64,000 nucleotides of DNA from Candidatus Zixiibacteriota bacterium (GTDB taxonomy: Bacteria; Zixibacteria; MSB-5A5; GN15; FEB-12): positions 2,006 to 66,005 of the forward strand of contig JAJRUL010000152.1 of NCBI GenBank assembly GCA_024277795.1, read 5' to 3'. The position numbers and the translations under genes were made by a program. Numbering within the stretch: position 1 is the first letter of the stretch; each line of letters starts with the position of its first letter. Under the pieces are notes generated by a model, which ran no database searches, was not told where the DNA came from, and saw only the letters and a list, made by a program, of their open reading frames with translations. This document shows, one piece after another, positions 55,312 to 64,000 of this stretch.

Positions 55312-56826
55312 TTAGTAGCCAGATTCAGCAGTGTGACACTCAGTGCACTTCATCTCTTTCCATGCTTCATCAATATCTTCAGGATGTTGGAAATCTAATC
55401 CTGTGATATCTGATTTGAGTTCACCAAGATTTTCAGATGGACCCTGTGTAACAATCAGGTGACATGTTTTACAATCGTTTGGGAGTGTTCTGCCAGCAAC
55501 ATCCTGTTTGACACCATCATGACAGCGGAAACAACCATCATTTACAAAATGACTAAGATTGTTCGTTCTCTCACGATAGTCAGTCTTCATCTCAGGGAAA
55601 AAGTTGCGACTATAAATAACTTTTAATTCGGCCGTAGCTTCATCAATAAGTGGGAGTAAATCTTTATATCTGTCCTCGTAATTTTCTCTATAATAATCGT
55701 AGAGACCTTTTCCAATTGCCGTATTGGCTTCTTCTCTGTTTTCGTAGAATGCATTGAGGAGATCAAGTCCAACCTGCCGAATATATGGAAGATCAGTTGA
55801 TATTCGCTTCGTTGATAGAGCAAGGTTAAGCGCTTTTGCAGGAGGCATGAAAGCATGACTCGGTCGGTTGTGGCAATCCATGCAATCGAATGTACGGATT
55901 TCAGTCAGAGGATCATCGAGGTTAGGTAGTTCGGCGTCAGGATCTGTGTAGATCACCGTGTCGCTATGTTGGTTCACTATACGGATCCACGGTATTTCTT
56001 CACGCTTTGGATCAGTTGCGACGTATTCAATCTTATTGGCTGTGAGCATATGCCAATGAATTCCTTCAAGAGCACCTGTTCGTGGATTACCACCACCGAT
56101 TTTCATCAGGAGATTGATCGTCCAAGGGGAGTTTTCTTCATCAGTTCGGTAATATGTATGCGTTATGAACTTGTCTCCATAGAATTGTTGAGGCCAATGG
56201 CATCCTTCACACGTGGCTTGTGCGGGACGAAGATTACTCACCGGAGTTTCTATTGGGCGTGAATATGTGTCTAATGCAGTGGCGAACAGCTGGCGCATTC
56301 CGTCAAGTTTTGCTCTTACCCAGAATGAAGCTCCTGGCCCAATATGGCACTCTACACATGCAACCCGAGCATGTGCAGAGTTATGGTATGTAACATTTTG
56401 TGGTTCCATCACCACATGACAGGTTTCACCACAAAAACCGACTGAGTCCGTTGCCTCATGAGCACGCGTACCGATGTAGATAACAATGGTAATCAAGACA
56501 GCTGAGAAACCAAGAAACCTCCACAAGTTCTTGCGATAGTGAGGGTCAGTTGGGTCTATTGAGAGCCTGAAGGTAACCTCATCCCCTTGTTTGCGGGCTT
56601 TTCGTTTCTGGAGCATCATTGCAAGAATCATGATTCCAACACCCAAAGCCATGATCATTGGAGAAATCACAAACGTAACAAGGGAACGGTATGGGTTTTC
56701 CTGAGATGCGGTTAGATCTACCAGCATGAGTACAGAGAACAGTACAGCACCTGCAAGTAGGATCGATCCACCAACAGCCGCTAGTGGATGTCGCAGTATT
56801 GTCAATTTCTTTAATTGTTTAACCAT
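55312..56826 (-). CDS. membrane-anchored heptahaem c-type cytochrome (NapC/NirT/NrfH-like N-terminal part)
   Basis: There are two N-terminal TM helices. The seven CxxCH motifs are CGETCH, CVECH, CEGCH, CMDCH, CFRCH, CKTCH and CTECH. Confidence 0.85.
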   Translation of the reverse strand: MVKQLKKLTILRHPLAAVGGSILLAGAVLFSVLMLVDLTASQENPYRSLVTFVISPMIMALGVGIMILAMMLQKRKARKQGDEVTFRLSIDPTDPHYRKNLWRFLGFSAVLITIVIYIGTRAHEATDSVGFCGETCHVVMEPQNVTYHNSAHARVACVECHIGPGASFWVRAKLDGMRQLFATALDTYSRPIETPVSNLRPAQATCEGCHWPQQFYGDKFITHTYYRTDEENSPWTINLLMKIGGGNPRTGALEGIHWHMLTANKIEYVATDPKREEIPWIRIVNQHSDTVIYTDPDAELPNLDDPLTEIRTFDCMDCHNRPSHAFMPPAKALNLALSTKRISTDLPYIRQVGLDLLNAFYENREEANTAIGKGLYDYYRENYEDRYKDLLPLIDEATAELKVIYSRNFFPEMKTDYRERTNNLSHFVNDGCFRCHDGVKQDVAGRTLPNDCKTCHLIVTQGPSENLGELKSDITGLDFQHPEDIDEAWKEMKCTECHTAESGY

Positions 56827-57420
56827 GTAAGAATCCTACAATTTCTTAAAATTTTCCTATCCTCATCAACCTCGCAGAGACTAACCAAGTCTTTCTGCTA
56901 CGGTTTGTAGCCGTTAAGCTAACACTATAAACCTCTTTGTTGTCTGCATAGCACGTGACGAACCTACTATGAGACGAGGCTTCTGCAAATATACGACATC
57001 TACGAGAAACGCAAGTGAAAAAGTTCACTTTCTTATTTATACGTAGTTATACTCAGTTAGTCGGGTATTCCTGCCTTAATGGCTAGCTTAATCTCAAGAA
57101 TTACATACAAATTACTATGAACAAATCTATTTTCGTGAAGTTGTCTTTGCAGGTTCGAGTGAATTTTTTGTACAAAAATGTTATAAAATGTCCGTGTTTA
57201 TGATCTTATGAATACAATTATGTATATTGTAATAAAACAACAAACCTGCTATTTCATACATTGTGGTGCGTAAGTATGGGAGTAGAAACATGTTATGGTG
57301 ATTGGAGGGATACAGTATAATATAGGATGCGTATTGTCTTATATGTTTTGTCGTAGTTGAGATACTCTGGTCAGTCCCTATAATCGAGTATATTTGCTAT
57401 TGTATGATCTGAGACGTTTC

Positions 57421-60051
57421 TTACATCAGAACGACAAGTTTGCCAATACTGCTGTTGCCCTGTTCATCTTCAACGACCCAGTAATACAAACCAGAAACAA
57501 TCATCTGCATATTGCGTGTTACCATGTCCCATTCATGGTATGATGAGGTTGGGTCGGCTTCTATAACATCATGGTCTATCTCACGAATCAAATCGCCATC
57601 CAATGAGAATATGCGTATTGTACATTTCGGGGGAAGGTTTGCAAATGTGATTTTTCGTACTCTGTTTCTAGTTCGATCTTCTTCCCCTCGTCCTTCCAAG
57701 CCTAAACTTCGGTAGTTGCTATCGTTTCGATATGGATTGGGGAAAATATAGACGTTACCTACATCGTCAGGTTGCTCATCCATTTCATTGTCAGGGTATG
57801 CAGGCTGGGCATTGAATACTTTTGAAGACTCCAGAGGTTGTAAGCCTGATTCAGGTGAACCAAAGTCAAACGTTGTTACGGTAATCCAGTAGGGGACATT
57901 CGGTAGAAGGTCTGTGACTTCAAATTCATATTCGTAGTATTTAAATTTTCCGTCCTCAGTAAGTTCTGAATCAGCAGGGTTGGTGAGCGAGACAGGTTTT
58001 GTTGCAAGAGGGAATCTCTTTCGTATTGGTGTTTCAATACCTAATTCGCTTTGGTTGTAGTCATGAGCGACAAAAAAGAAAAGAGATTCGGGGAAATTCG
58101 GGTGCACTAATGGATTATGATAGCTGTAACGCAATGGATCAAAAGTCATGTCATTGCATGAATCAAGCGGGTTACCATAGAGACAGCGAAGCTCTTCTAA
58201 GCTAAACGGTTTATCCAATAATTGATAACGAGGTGGTTCATCTCTCTTTTGGCCTGTAAATGTATATTTGTCATAGTTCTCAAGATCGTAGGATGCGAGA
58301 AGAGAATAGCTCGTTTCTCTGTCGTCACGAGCGATATAGATTCTATACCCTTCAAAGTCGATGAGATTAGAAAAGATATCAGGGGTTGTTTCTGATTCCA
58401 TTCCGTTGAATCTGATCTTGAAACCGTTTCGTATTGCCGATACAGTTACTTCAGGTCGTGGGGGAGGAGATGCGGCCAACCAGTCTGGAACTCCATCACC
58501 GGAAATATAGTTTGTATCTGCTCTTCCAATTACCCATTGCCCGCCTACAAAACTCGATTCGGCGGAACAGAGAATATAATTTCCAGCAAAATCATCATCA
58601 TTTGAATCAAAACCAGGGACATCATAGACTCTCTTTGCAGTTATGGCATTTTTAATGATGTTAGAGAAATCAATATTGTCATAATATGAATCTGGTCTGT
58701 ATCGATTGTATAGATACGAACGGAAGTTTGAAGGGTTCTTGTGGAATTGTTCAGCGGCTATGAATCCCATAGGTACTAGGACACTTGCACCGGGGATCAA
58801 TTGAAATGGGCCGATTGAGATAAGGTGCTGGACATCAGCTCCTCGAGAGATAGGTCCTGATATTATCGGGCTTGCAGGAGTCCAAGTTTGATTAGCTGAG
58901 CCGATTGAATGTATGTATGCTTGATCGAAATCGATCTCTCCGTTGCTCAAGAGTGCATATTTATTTCTATCGCCAAATGGCATCCCGGCACCATTGCCCA
59001 TGAAGCGAAAGTTTTGTCTTTGTTGTGGTCCGTAATCGTATGCACTATTTCTGTTGTAGACCCACCAATTAAAACCGAAGTTTAGGTTCGGTTTGATTTT
59101 GTTCAAAAACAAGATTCCTTCGATACCATCGACTTCAAATTCACCATTGACAGGGTCACCATCATTATCAGCTATCCAAGCCATATTCAGTGTATCAATA
59201 GATTCACATCGACCGAAAGGTGATTTCGCGGCAAAAAGAAACCCACCGAGATCATCTGCACCACCTGTTATACCTTTTTGTCCAGGTTCGGGAGGTTGCA
59301 GACCGGGATTACGTCCTCCTTTATGCACGTCTGCATCCCAATAGATACCGATGTATGCGTCTTTAATAATGTGGTCGCTGATATTCTTTATTTCGTAATC
59401 GAAGAGAACAAAGTCATCAGTATGTTCGTATGACCAGCCGTATGTTCTCTGTGTTACTTGAATACCTAGCGGTTTGTGAGCACGGTTTGCGATAGGATCA
59501 AACGAAGGATTTGGTACGCCTCTTGTAAATGTATCTACAAATACAGCGATATAATCTAATTCTGAAACAGGTTCCGTTAAACCAACTAACTCAGGGTCAA
59601 CTGATGACAGTTTTTCCATTTCTGTAATAGGATGAAACTCTCGAGATTGGGAAGCGTAGTCGGCCCCTGTTGATACGAGAGTATCATTGCCCACAACACC
59701 ACCTACCCAGATCGCCCCTTTGAAAAGATATGTTGTGTTTGCACCTTTAGGATAATCGCAGAGTGGTGTGATAGCTCCCGTAAAACAGTCTGTTTGAATT
59801 GAACCGCGCGATTGCCCGATTCCTATAAGGCCGAAATTAGTAACACCAAAATCAAGTTTACCTATATCAATACGAGCCAGACAATATCGTGACGGTGAGG
59901 CAGAAATTGAACCATTTTCTGTACCTCGAATAGTACGCTGCGCTCTCGAAATGTCGGTCGATATTAGTACTAATAGAGACAGGAAGGTAACAAAGAGAGC
60001 TTTTTTCCAGATCACATTCATCGAAGTTGCAATAAACTCCTGAGTTGTCAT
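57421..60051 (-). CDS. large secreted protein of unknown function with a T9SS/FlgD-type C-terminal sorting domain
   Basis: 876 aa. The signal peptide is best read from the internal Met at 60021 (MNVIWKKALFVTFLSLLVLIS). The C-terminal ~90 aa read YIFPNPYR...CTIRIFSLDGDLIREI...SGLYYWVVEDEQGNSSIGKLVVLM, which matches the Por-secretion CTD pattern. Confidence 0.7.
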   Translation of the reverse strand: MTTQEFIATSMNVIWKKALFVTFLSLLVLISTDISRAQRTIRGTENGSISASPSRYCLARIDIGKLDFGVTNFGLIGIGQSRGSIQTDCFTGAITPLCDYPKGANTTYLFKGAIWVGGVVGNDTLVSTGADYASQSREFHPITEMEKLSSVDPELVGLTEPVSELDYIAVFVDTFTRGVPNPSFDPIANRAHKPLGIQVTQRTYGWSYEHTDDFVLFDYEIKNISDHIIKDAYIGIYWDADVHKGGRNPGLQPPEPGQKGITGGADDLGGFLFAAKSPFGRCESIDTLNMAWIADNDGDPVNGEFEVDGIEGILFLNKIKPNLNFGFNWWVYNRNSAYDYGPQQRQNFRFMGNGAGMPFGDRNKYALLSNGEIDFDQAYIHSIGSANQTWTPASPIISGPISRGADVQHLISIGPFQLIPGASVLVPMGFIAAEQFHKNPSNFRSYLYNRYRPDSYYDNIDFSNIIKNAITAKRVYDVPGFDSNDDDFAGNYILCSAESSFVGGQWVIGRADTNYISGDGVPDWLAASPPPRPEVTVSAIRNGFKIRFNGMESETTPDIFSNLIDFEGYRIYIARDDRETSYSLLASYDLENYDKYTFTGQKRDEPPRYQLLDKPFSLEELRCLYGNPLDSCNDMTFDPLRYSYHNPLVHPNFPESLFFFVAHDYNQSELGIETPIRKRFPLATKPVSLTNPADSELTEDGKFKYYEYEFEVTDLLPNVPYWITVTTFDFGSPESGLQPLESSKVFNAQPAYPDNEMDEQPDDVGNVYIFPNPYRNDSNYRSLGLEGRGEEDRTRNRVRKITFANLPPKCTIRIFSLDGDLIREIDHDVIEADPTSSYHEWDMVTRNMQMIVSGLYYWVVEDEQGNSSIGKLVVLM

Positions 60052-60274
60052 TTTATTTCAAATCAATTCCGGTCATAATAAGGGGAATAGGTGATATACA
60101 CAAGCGCAACTGTTGTACCTTTTCCGTATCTATGGAACGCACAAAGGGAATCTGATGTTCAGATATTTTACTTCGAGTTGAAGGGTATTCTGTGGTGACT
60201 GGTGTCGAGGTGCCAGAGGATATTCAATGGGAATGTTATATATATACTGACAAGGGAGTTACGGTCTGTATTCT

Positions 60275-60310
60275 ATAAAAAAATCGGAAAGGAACAAGTC
60301 CTTTCCGATT
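60275..60310 (-). terminator. rho-independent terminator after the 60335-61225 gene
   Basis: On the minus strand, AATCGGAAAGG-acttgtt-CCTTTCCGATT forms an 11-bp perfect stem followed by TTTTTTTAT. Confidence 0.8.
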
Positions 60311-60334
60311 GTAGCAAATCAATATCTGTTTCTT

Positions 60335-61225
60335 TTAATATATAGGCTGATCGGTTGAACCTGTTGTTGGTCGTGGTTTGATACCTGTCAGTTTATACAT
60401 AATTTGATTGGCCATTTCAGCAGGATCTTCTATGTCATCATTTGCTGGAGCACCAGCTACACCTGTACCGATAAAAATGCGGGTCCATTTGCTCATAGTA
60501 TTGCTGAACATTACCCCATCAATCAGATCACCGGAGATATTATCACCAACTGTACCTCCCGGCATAGGGCCGGTACCGGCAATAATATATACATCTAAGC
60601 GACCATTTTGAATCAGATCAGCCCCCGGTATTGTAAAGGCAGTGTCTTCTTGTGCCCAATAGGTACGAGAATAAACATTAGAACCAGCGGAATCATGCCA
60701 ATAACGCTGTTGAATAGCGTACCAATCGGCATGTGGACTTGAGTTGAATATAAAATTAATTGGACTGCCAAGGCTACTCGTATCTAAGTGCGTAGGGATA
60801 ATGATATTAGGTGACTGTGTATGATCGAGTAGTTTGATACGGCAGGTAGCCATTGTATTGCGGTAATACAGATTAATCTCAACCGTATCGCCAGCCTGAA
60901 AACGATGATCTGAAGTATCATTGTAAGTCAAGTAATGATAACCATCACGATAGACATTCCAATATGTTTCGGTTTGCACGTGAGTTTGGTTACCAGAAAG
61001 ATCAACTGAGTCAACATAATAACCATCAGCATTGATGCTGAAAAAATCGATATAAGATTCTAGCGAAAATACTGTATTTGAATACGATGAGTCAAGGTAT
61101 GCGACTCCCTGGGTATACAGGGCTGCCCGTACTCTTGTCGGTGCCGTTGTTTCGTCATCACCACAGCCTGCGAACAGCAAAGCCATAAGTGAAAGACCGA
61201 TGAGGATGAGTAAGAGTTTCTTCAT
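60335..61225 (-). CDS. hypothetical lipoprotein
   Basis: 296 aa with the lipoprotein signal MKKLLLILIGLSLMALLFAGC. I recognise no domain. Confidence 0.6.
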   Translation of the reverse strand: MKKLLLILIGLSLMALLFAGCGDDETTAPTRVRAALYTQGVAYLDSSYSNTVFSLESYIDFFSINADGYYVDSVDLSGNQTHVQTETYWNVYRDGYHYLTYNDTSDHRFQAGDTVEINLYYRNTMATCRIKLLDHTQSPNIIIPTHLDTSSLGSPINFIFNSSPHADWYAIQQRYWHDSAGSNVYSRTYWAQEDTAFTIPGADLIQNGRLDVYIIAGTGPMPGGTVGDNISGDLIDGVMFSNTMSKWTRIFIGTGVAGAPANDDIEDPAEMANQIMYKLTGIKPRPTTGSTDQPIY

Positions 61226-61382
61226 GCTTTCTCCTTTTTATTGTGTTTTATCCAGTTAAGTCCTTATAACTAGTGGTCAAGAACCTACCGATACCCTGTA
61301 ATTATGTCAAGAAAAAGATATGATGGGGCGACAATAGTATGTTTTCTGTCAGGAACAGTGTAAGAGATGATATTTGTTCTAT

Positions 61383-61961
61383 TCATTCGGTTGTTTCTTC
61401 TGGGAATTCTGGAGCCTTGGTCAAGGTATGATCTATCGGTATGCCTTTATTGGTATCCACAGGTTCAGCAATAAGTTCGTGACCGAGAATAGCGACTACG
61501 CACTGGGTTATGGCATCTTCCACATTGCTGATCCTAAAATTCTGTGCCCACAGAACATGACGAGCTTTAAGAACATCGTCAAACTGCCCCTGATACGTCT
61601 GTTCTACTTTTTTGTATATAGCTTTTTCAGAATCTGTCCAGTTGACGTGTGCGGTTATGATGTACTCTTTACGGTCGACTGGTGCGAGGGATTCAAGAAG
61701 TGAGATCAGGTACCTATTCGTTCGTGTGTATAATTTGAGTGCGATACGAACCCGCAACCCGGCTTTTAACTGTTTTTCTTCTTCAGTAGCAGGGTATGTA
61801 TTAATCGCATCATTCCATGATACAATCCCGGAATCTTGGGGGATATTCCAACGGTGGAGCCATCTTTCCAATGAATTACGCATTAACTTTATATCCATGA
61901 GTGGCTCTTCTGAGCGAAATTCATTAAGCAGTGTGTTTCGTATTTGTTCTTTGTTGGCCAT
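61383..61961 (-). CDS. hypothetical cytoplasmic protein
   Basis: 192 aa with no signal peptide and no motif I recognise. Confidence 0.5.
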   Translation of the reverse strand: MANKEQIRNTLLNEFRSEEPLMDIKLMRNSLERWLHRWNIPQDSGIVSWNDAINTYPATEEEKQLKAGLRVRIALKLYTRTNRYLISLLESLAPVDRKEYIITAHVNWTDSEKAIYKKVEQTYQGQFDDVLKARHVLWAQNFRISNVEDAITQCVVAILGHELIAEPVDTNKGIPIDHTLTKAPEFPEETTE

Positions 61962-62101
61962 TTCCTCTGTTTACTACTTGTAGTACTAATTGCGTAGCAT
62001 ACTAACAACTAATATTAAGTATCGGAATATTGTGCAATGAGCTGAACAGTATATATGTACGTGATTACAGATAGAAAAAACGATGGGGCAGAATGATTTT
62101 A

Positions 62102-63223
62102 CTATCTACAAATCTGTTTGAAAATCCGACGGAAATTGAGTCCAAGGATTTTTCTGATGTCTGTTTCGGTATAGTTTCGTTTTAGTAGCTCTTTTGTGAT
62201 TAGTGGGAGTTTTGAGCAGTCTGATAGATCGTCTGGGGGGAACAGCATTCCGTCAAAATCGGACCCAAGACCGACATGGTCCGAACCAACAAGTTTAACA
62301 ATATAGTCTATGTGATCTACTACGTTTTCCATAGTTACTTTGCATTTCCTTGTCGCCACGTCTATTTCATCAAGAACAGGTTTAATTGCTTTTAGGGATT
62401 TTGACCGATCTATTGAGAAAAGCATACGTGCTTCATCATAATCCTTTGTCTGGGATTTCCAGATATGTTGTACAACAGAAGCCCACGCTGCTGAAAGGAA
62501 CTCGGAGTAGAAGTTGATTCCTATCATCCCACCATTATTTGCAATTCCCTTAATCTGATTATCAGTGAGATTGCGTTCATGTGGGTTGATTGCATATACA
62601 TTTGAATGAGATGCAATAATTGGATCAGAAGTGATCTTCAATATTTTATCGACTGTTTTCTGATGTGAGTGAGAGATATCAATTATCATTCCAAGTCGGT
62701 TCATCTCCCTGATTACATCTTCACCGAACGTTGTAAGTCCATCAAAAGTGGGGTTTGTGTCTGTTGATGAAATGCACCAATCGGATGAGACAACATGGGT
62801 TAAGGTTAAGTAGCGGACAGATTTGTCATAGAAATGCTGAAGGTTACTCAGTTTGTGTTCAATTGCAATACCATTCTCAATCGCTATGAAAGCGGCGATA
62901 CGATCTGACGCTATGATCTGGTTGAGTTCTGTATCTGATGTGCAGATGGCAATATCATTTTCGTATCGACTTATCTGTTCAGTAAGTTTGTCGATTAGTG
63001 TATCAGCAGTTGCTCGATAGTTTTTGTTATCTGCTACGGAATCAATCCAACAGGCAAAAACTTGTAAACTTATACCACCCTTTTTAAGTTTCTTCAAATC
63101 GATATGTCCTGAGCTGTCAGTACTTCCAATATCAAAGCCATATACTAATCGTAAAGCCAGATCACAATGGAGGTCAGCTACGAAGGCATCATTATGCAAC
63201 TGTTGGTATTGTTCTTCATTCAT
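62102..63223 (-). CDS. membrane dipeptidase (peptidase M19, renal-dipeptidase family)
   Basis: FVADLHCD zinc site, ISHS, ASHSN and GLGSDFDG motifs. Confidence 0.88.
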   Translation of the reverse strand: MNEEQYQQLHNDAFVADLHCDLALRLVYGFDIGSTDSSGHIDLKKLKKGGISLQVFACWIDSVADNKNYRATADTLIDKLTEQISRYENDIAICTSDTELNQIIASDRIAAFIAIENGIAIEHKLSNLQHFYDKSVRYLTLTHVVSSDWCISSTDTNPTFDGLTTFGEDVIREMNRLGMIIDISHSHQKTVDKILKITSDPIIASHSNVYAINPHERNLTDNQIKGIANNGGMIGINFYSEFLSAAWASVVQHIWKSQTKDYDEARMLFSIDRSKSLKAIKPVLDEIDVATRKCKVTMENVVDHIDYIVKLVGSDHVGLGSDFDGMLFPPDDLSDCSKLPLITKELLKRNYTETDIRKILGLNFRRIFKQICR

Positions 63224-63343
63224 GTGCTGGTATTCTTTTATGTATTATAGAAGATCACTTTTTTGCTAATACGTTGAAAACCATAACGTGTAGCAACAAT
63301 AAAAAAAGGACGACTACAAAGTGATAAAGATCGTTGGAACTTC

Positions 63344-64000
63344 TCAGCACTTTGCTGTTAGTCGTGGTTTACGTGTAATCGAGATCTTACCTGCGATTGG
63401 GTCGACCTTTGCGATCGATCGAAGAAGTTCGATATTATGTGAAGTAAGAATAGAATCAGCAGCCAGGATTAACGATCCGCTCATACTGTATATGTCTCTA
63501 GCAAGTCTCATATTCGGAGAAAGCTCAGCAATAGATAGTATCAGAGAGTCATCCTGAGCACCATTCTGACGAGTTTCTTCCATATAGTCGAGAACTTCCT
63601 GAACGAGTTTACTGGGGTACTCTTTGTCTGAAGAATCGGCGATTGTCTGAAATGCATGTTGATATACATATTCAGGATTAGGGTGGGGTGATTGGAGCAG
63701 ATAGTCTAGTTTGTCAGATATCCCGAGAATGTAAGCTCCGATGGACGTATTGGCACCTTTTATCCCTTTTGGGAAGCCTGAGCCATCGTAGAGCTCATGG
63801 TGGGATCGTATTAAGTCGCATACATTTTCATAACCTTGAATATTACTGAGATTCTGTGCTCCTATGACAGGATGTTTCTTATATATTGTCAATTCACTTT
63901 CATCGTAATCAGCGATATTTCTTTCAATGAGGAATGCAGGGGTGCCGAGTTTTCCATTATCATGAAGCAAAGCGGCCAATTCTAGTTCTCTAACTTCAGT
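63344..64000 (-). CDS. HD-GYP domain protein (c-di-GMP phosphodiesterase type), 5'-truncated by the window edge
   Basis: AALLHDNGK (HD) and HHELYDGSGFPKG (HD-GYP signature). The reading frame is open to the end of the window. Confidence 0.8.
   Translation of the reverse strand, partial: TEVRELELAALLHDNGKLGTPAFLIERNIADYDESELTIYKKHPVIGAQNLSNIQGYENVCDLIRSHHELYDGSGFPKGIKGANTSIGAYILGISDKLDYLLQSPHPNPEYVYQHAFQTIADSSDKEYPSKLVQEVLDYMEETRQNGAQDDSLILSIAELSPNMRLARDIYSMSGSLILAADSILTSHNIELLRSIAKVDPIAGKISITRKPRLTAKC

Overview
This is a 64-kb, moderately AT-rich bacterial chromosomal segment with dense coding and no rRNA, CRISPR array, transposase, integrase or prophage. By inference only, it comes from an uncultivated FCB-superphylum-like lineage. 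The grounds are a T9SS/FlgD-type C-terminal domain, a group-II-like GGGPS, dockerin-like tails and a PEP-CTERM protein. Housekeeping genes I recognise are recX-alaS, kup, tsaD, nfi, clpX-clpP-tig with tRNA-Leu(UAG), glmS with a PGM/PMM-family mutase, thpR, cinA, pgpA, pgsA and a 1212-aa class II ribonucleotide reductase. The accessory content is mostly surface and exported proteins. It includes a Gly-rich fibre with a tailspike-type chaperone domain, an M23-vWA protein, an FG-GAP protein and an LVIVD/propeller protein. The last three share a twin-repeat dockerin-like tail. There is also a heptahaem cytochrome c and an NIT-domain chemoreceptor. Points worth a second look: (1) a translationally coupled four-gene operon of unknown function headed by a DUF4388 protein with a tandem MshEN-like motif; (2) an archaeal-type GGGPS homologue coupled into an alaS/gmhA/O-antigen-ligase operon; (3) an orphan consensus-promoter plus terminator unit predicting an ~84-nt sRNA in a 1.1-kb ORF-free gap; (4) a neighbouring promoter carrying two perfect palindromes; (5) an in-frame TAA inside tig; (6) an alaS with no canonical start codon; (7) dispersed short GC-rich intergenic repeats. 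I ran no database searches, so all family calls rest on motif recognition by eye.
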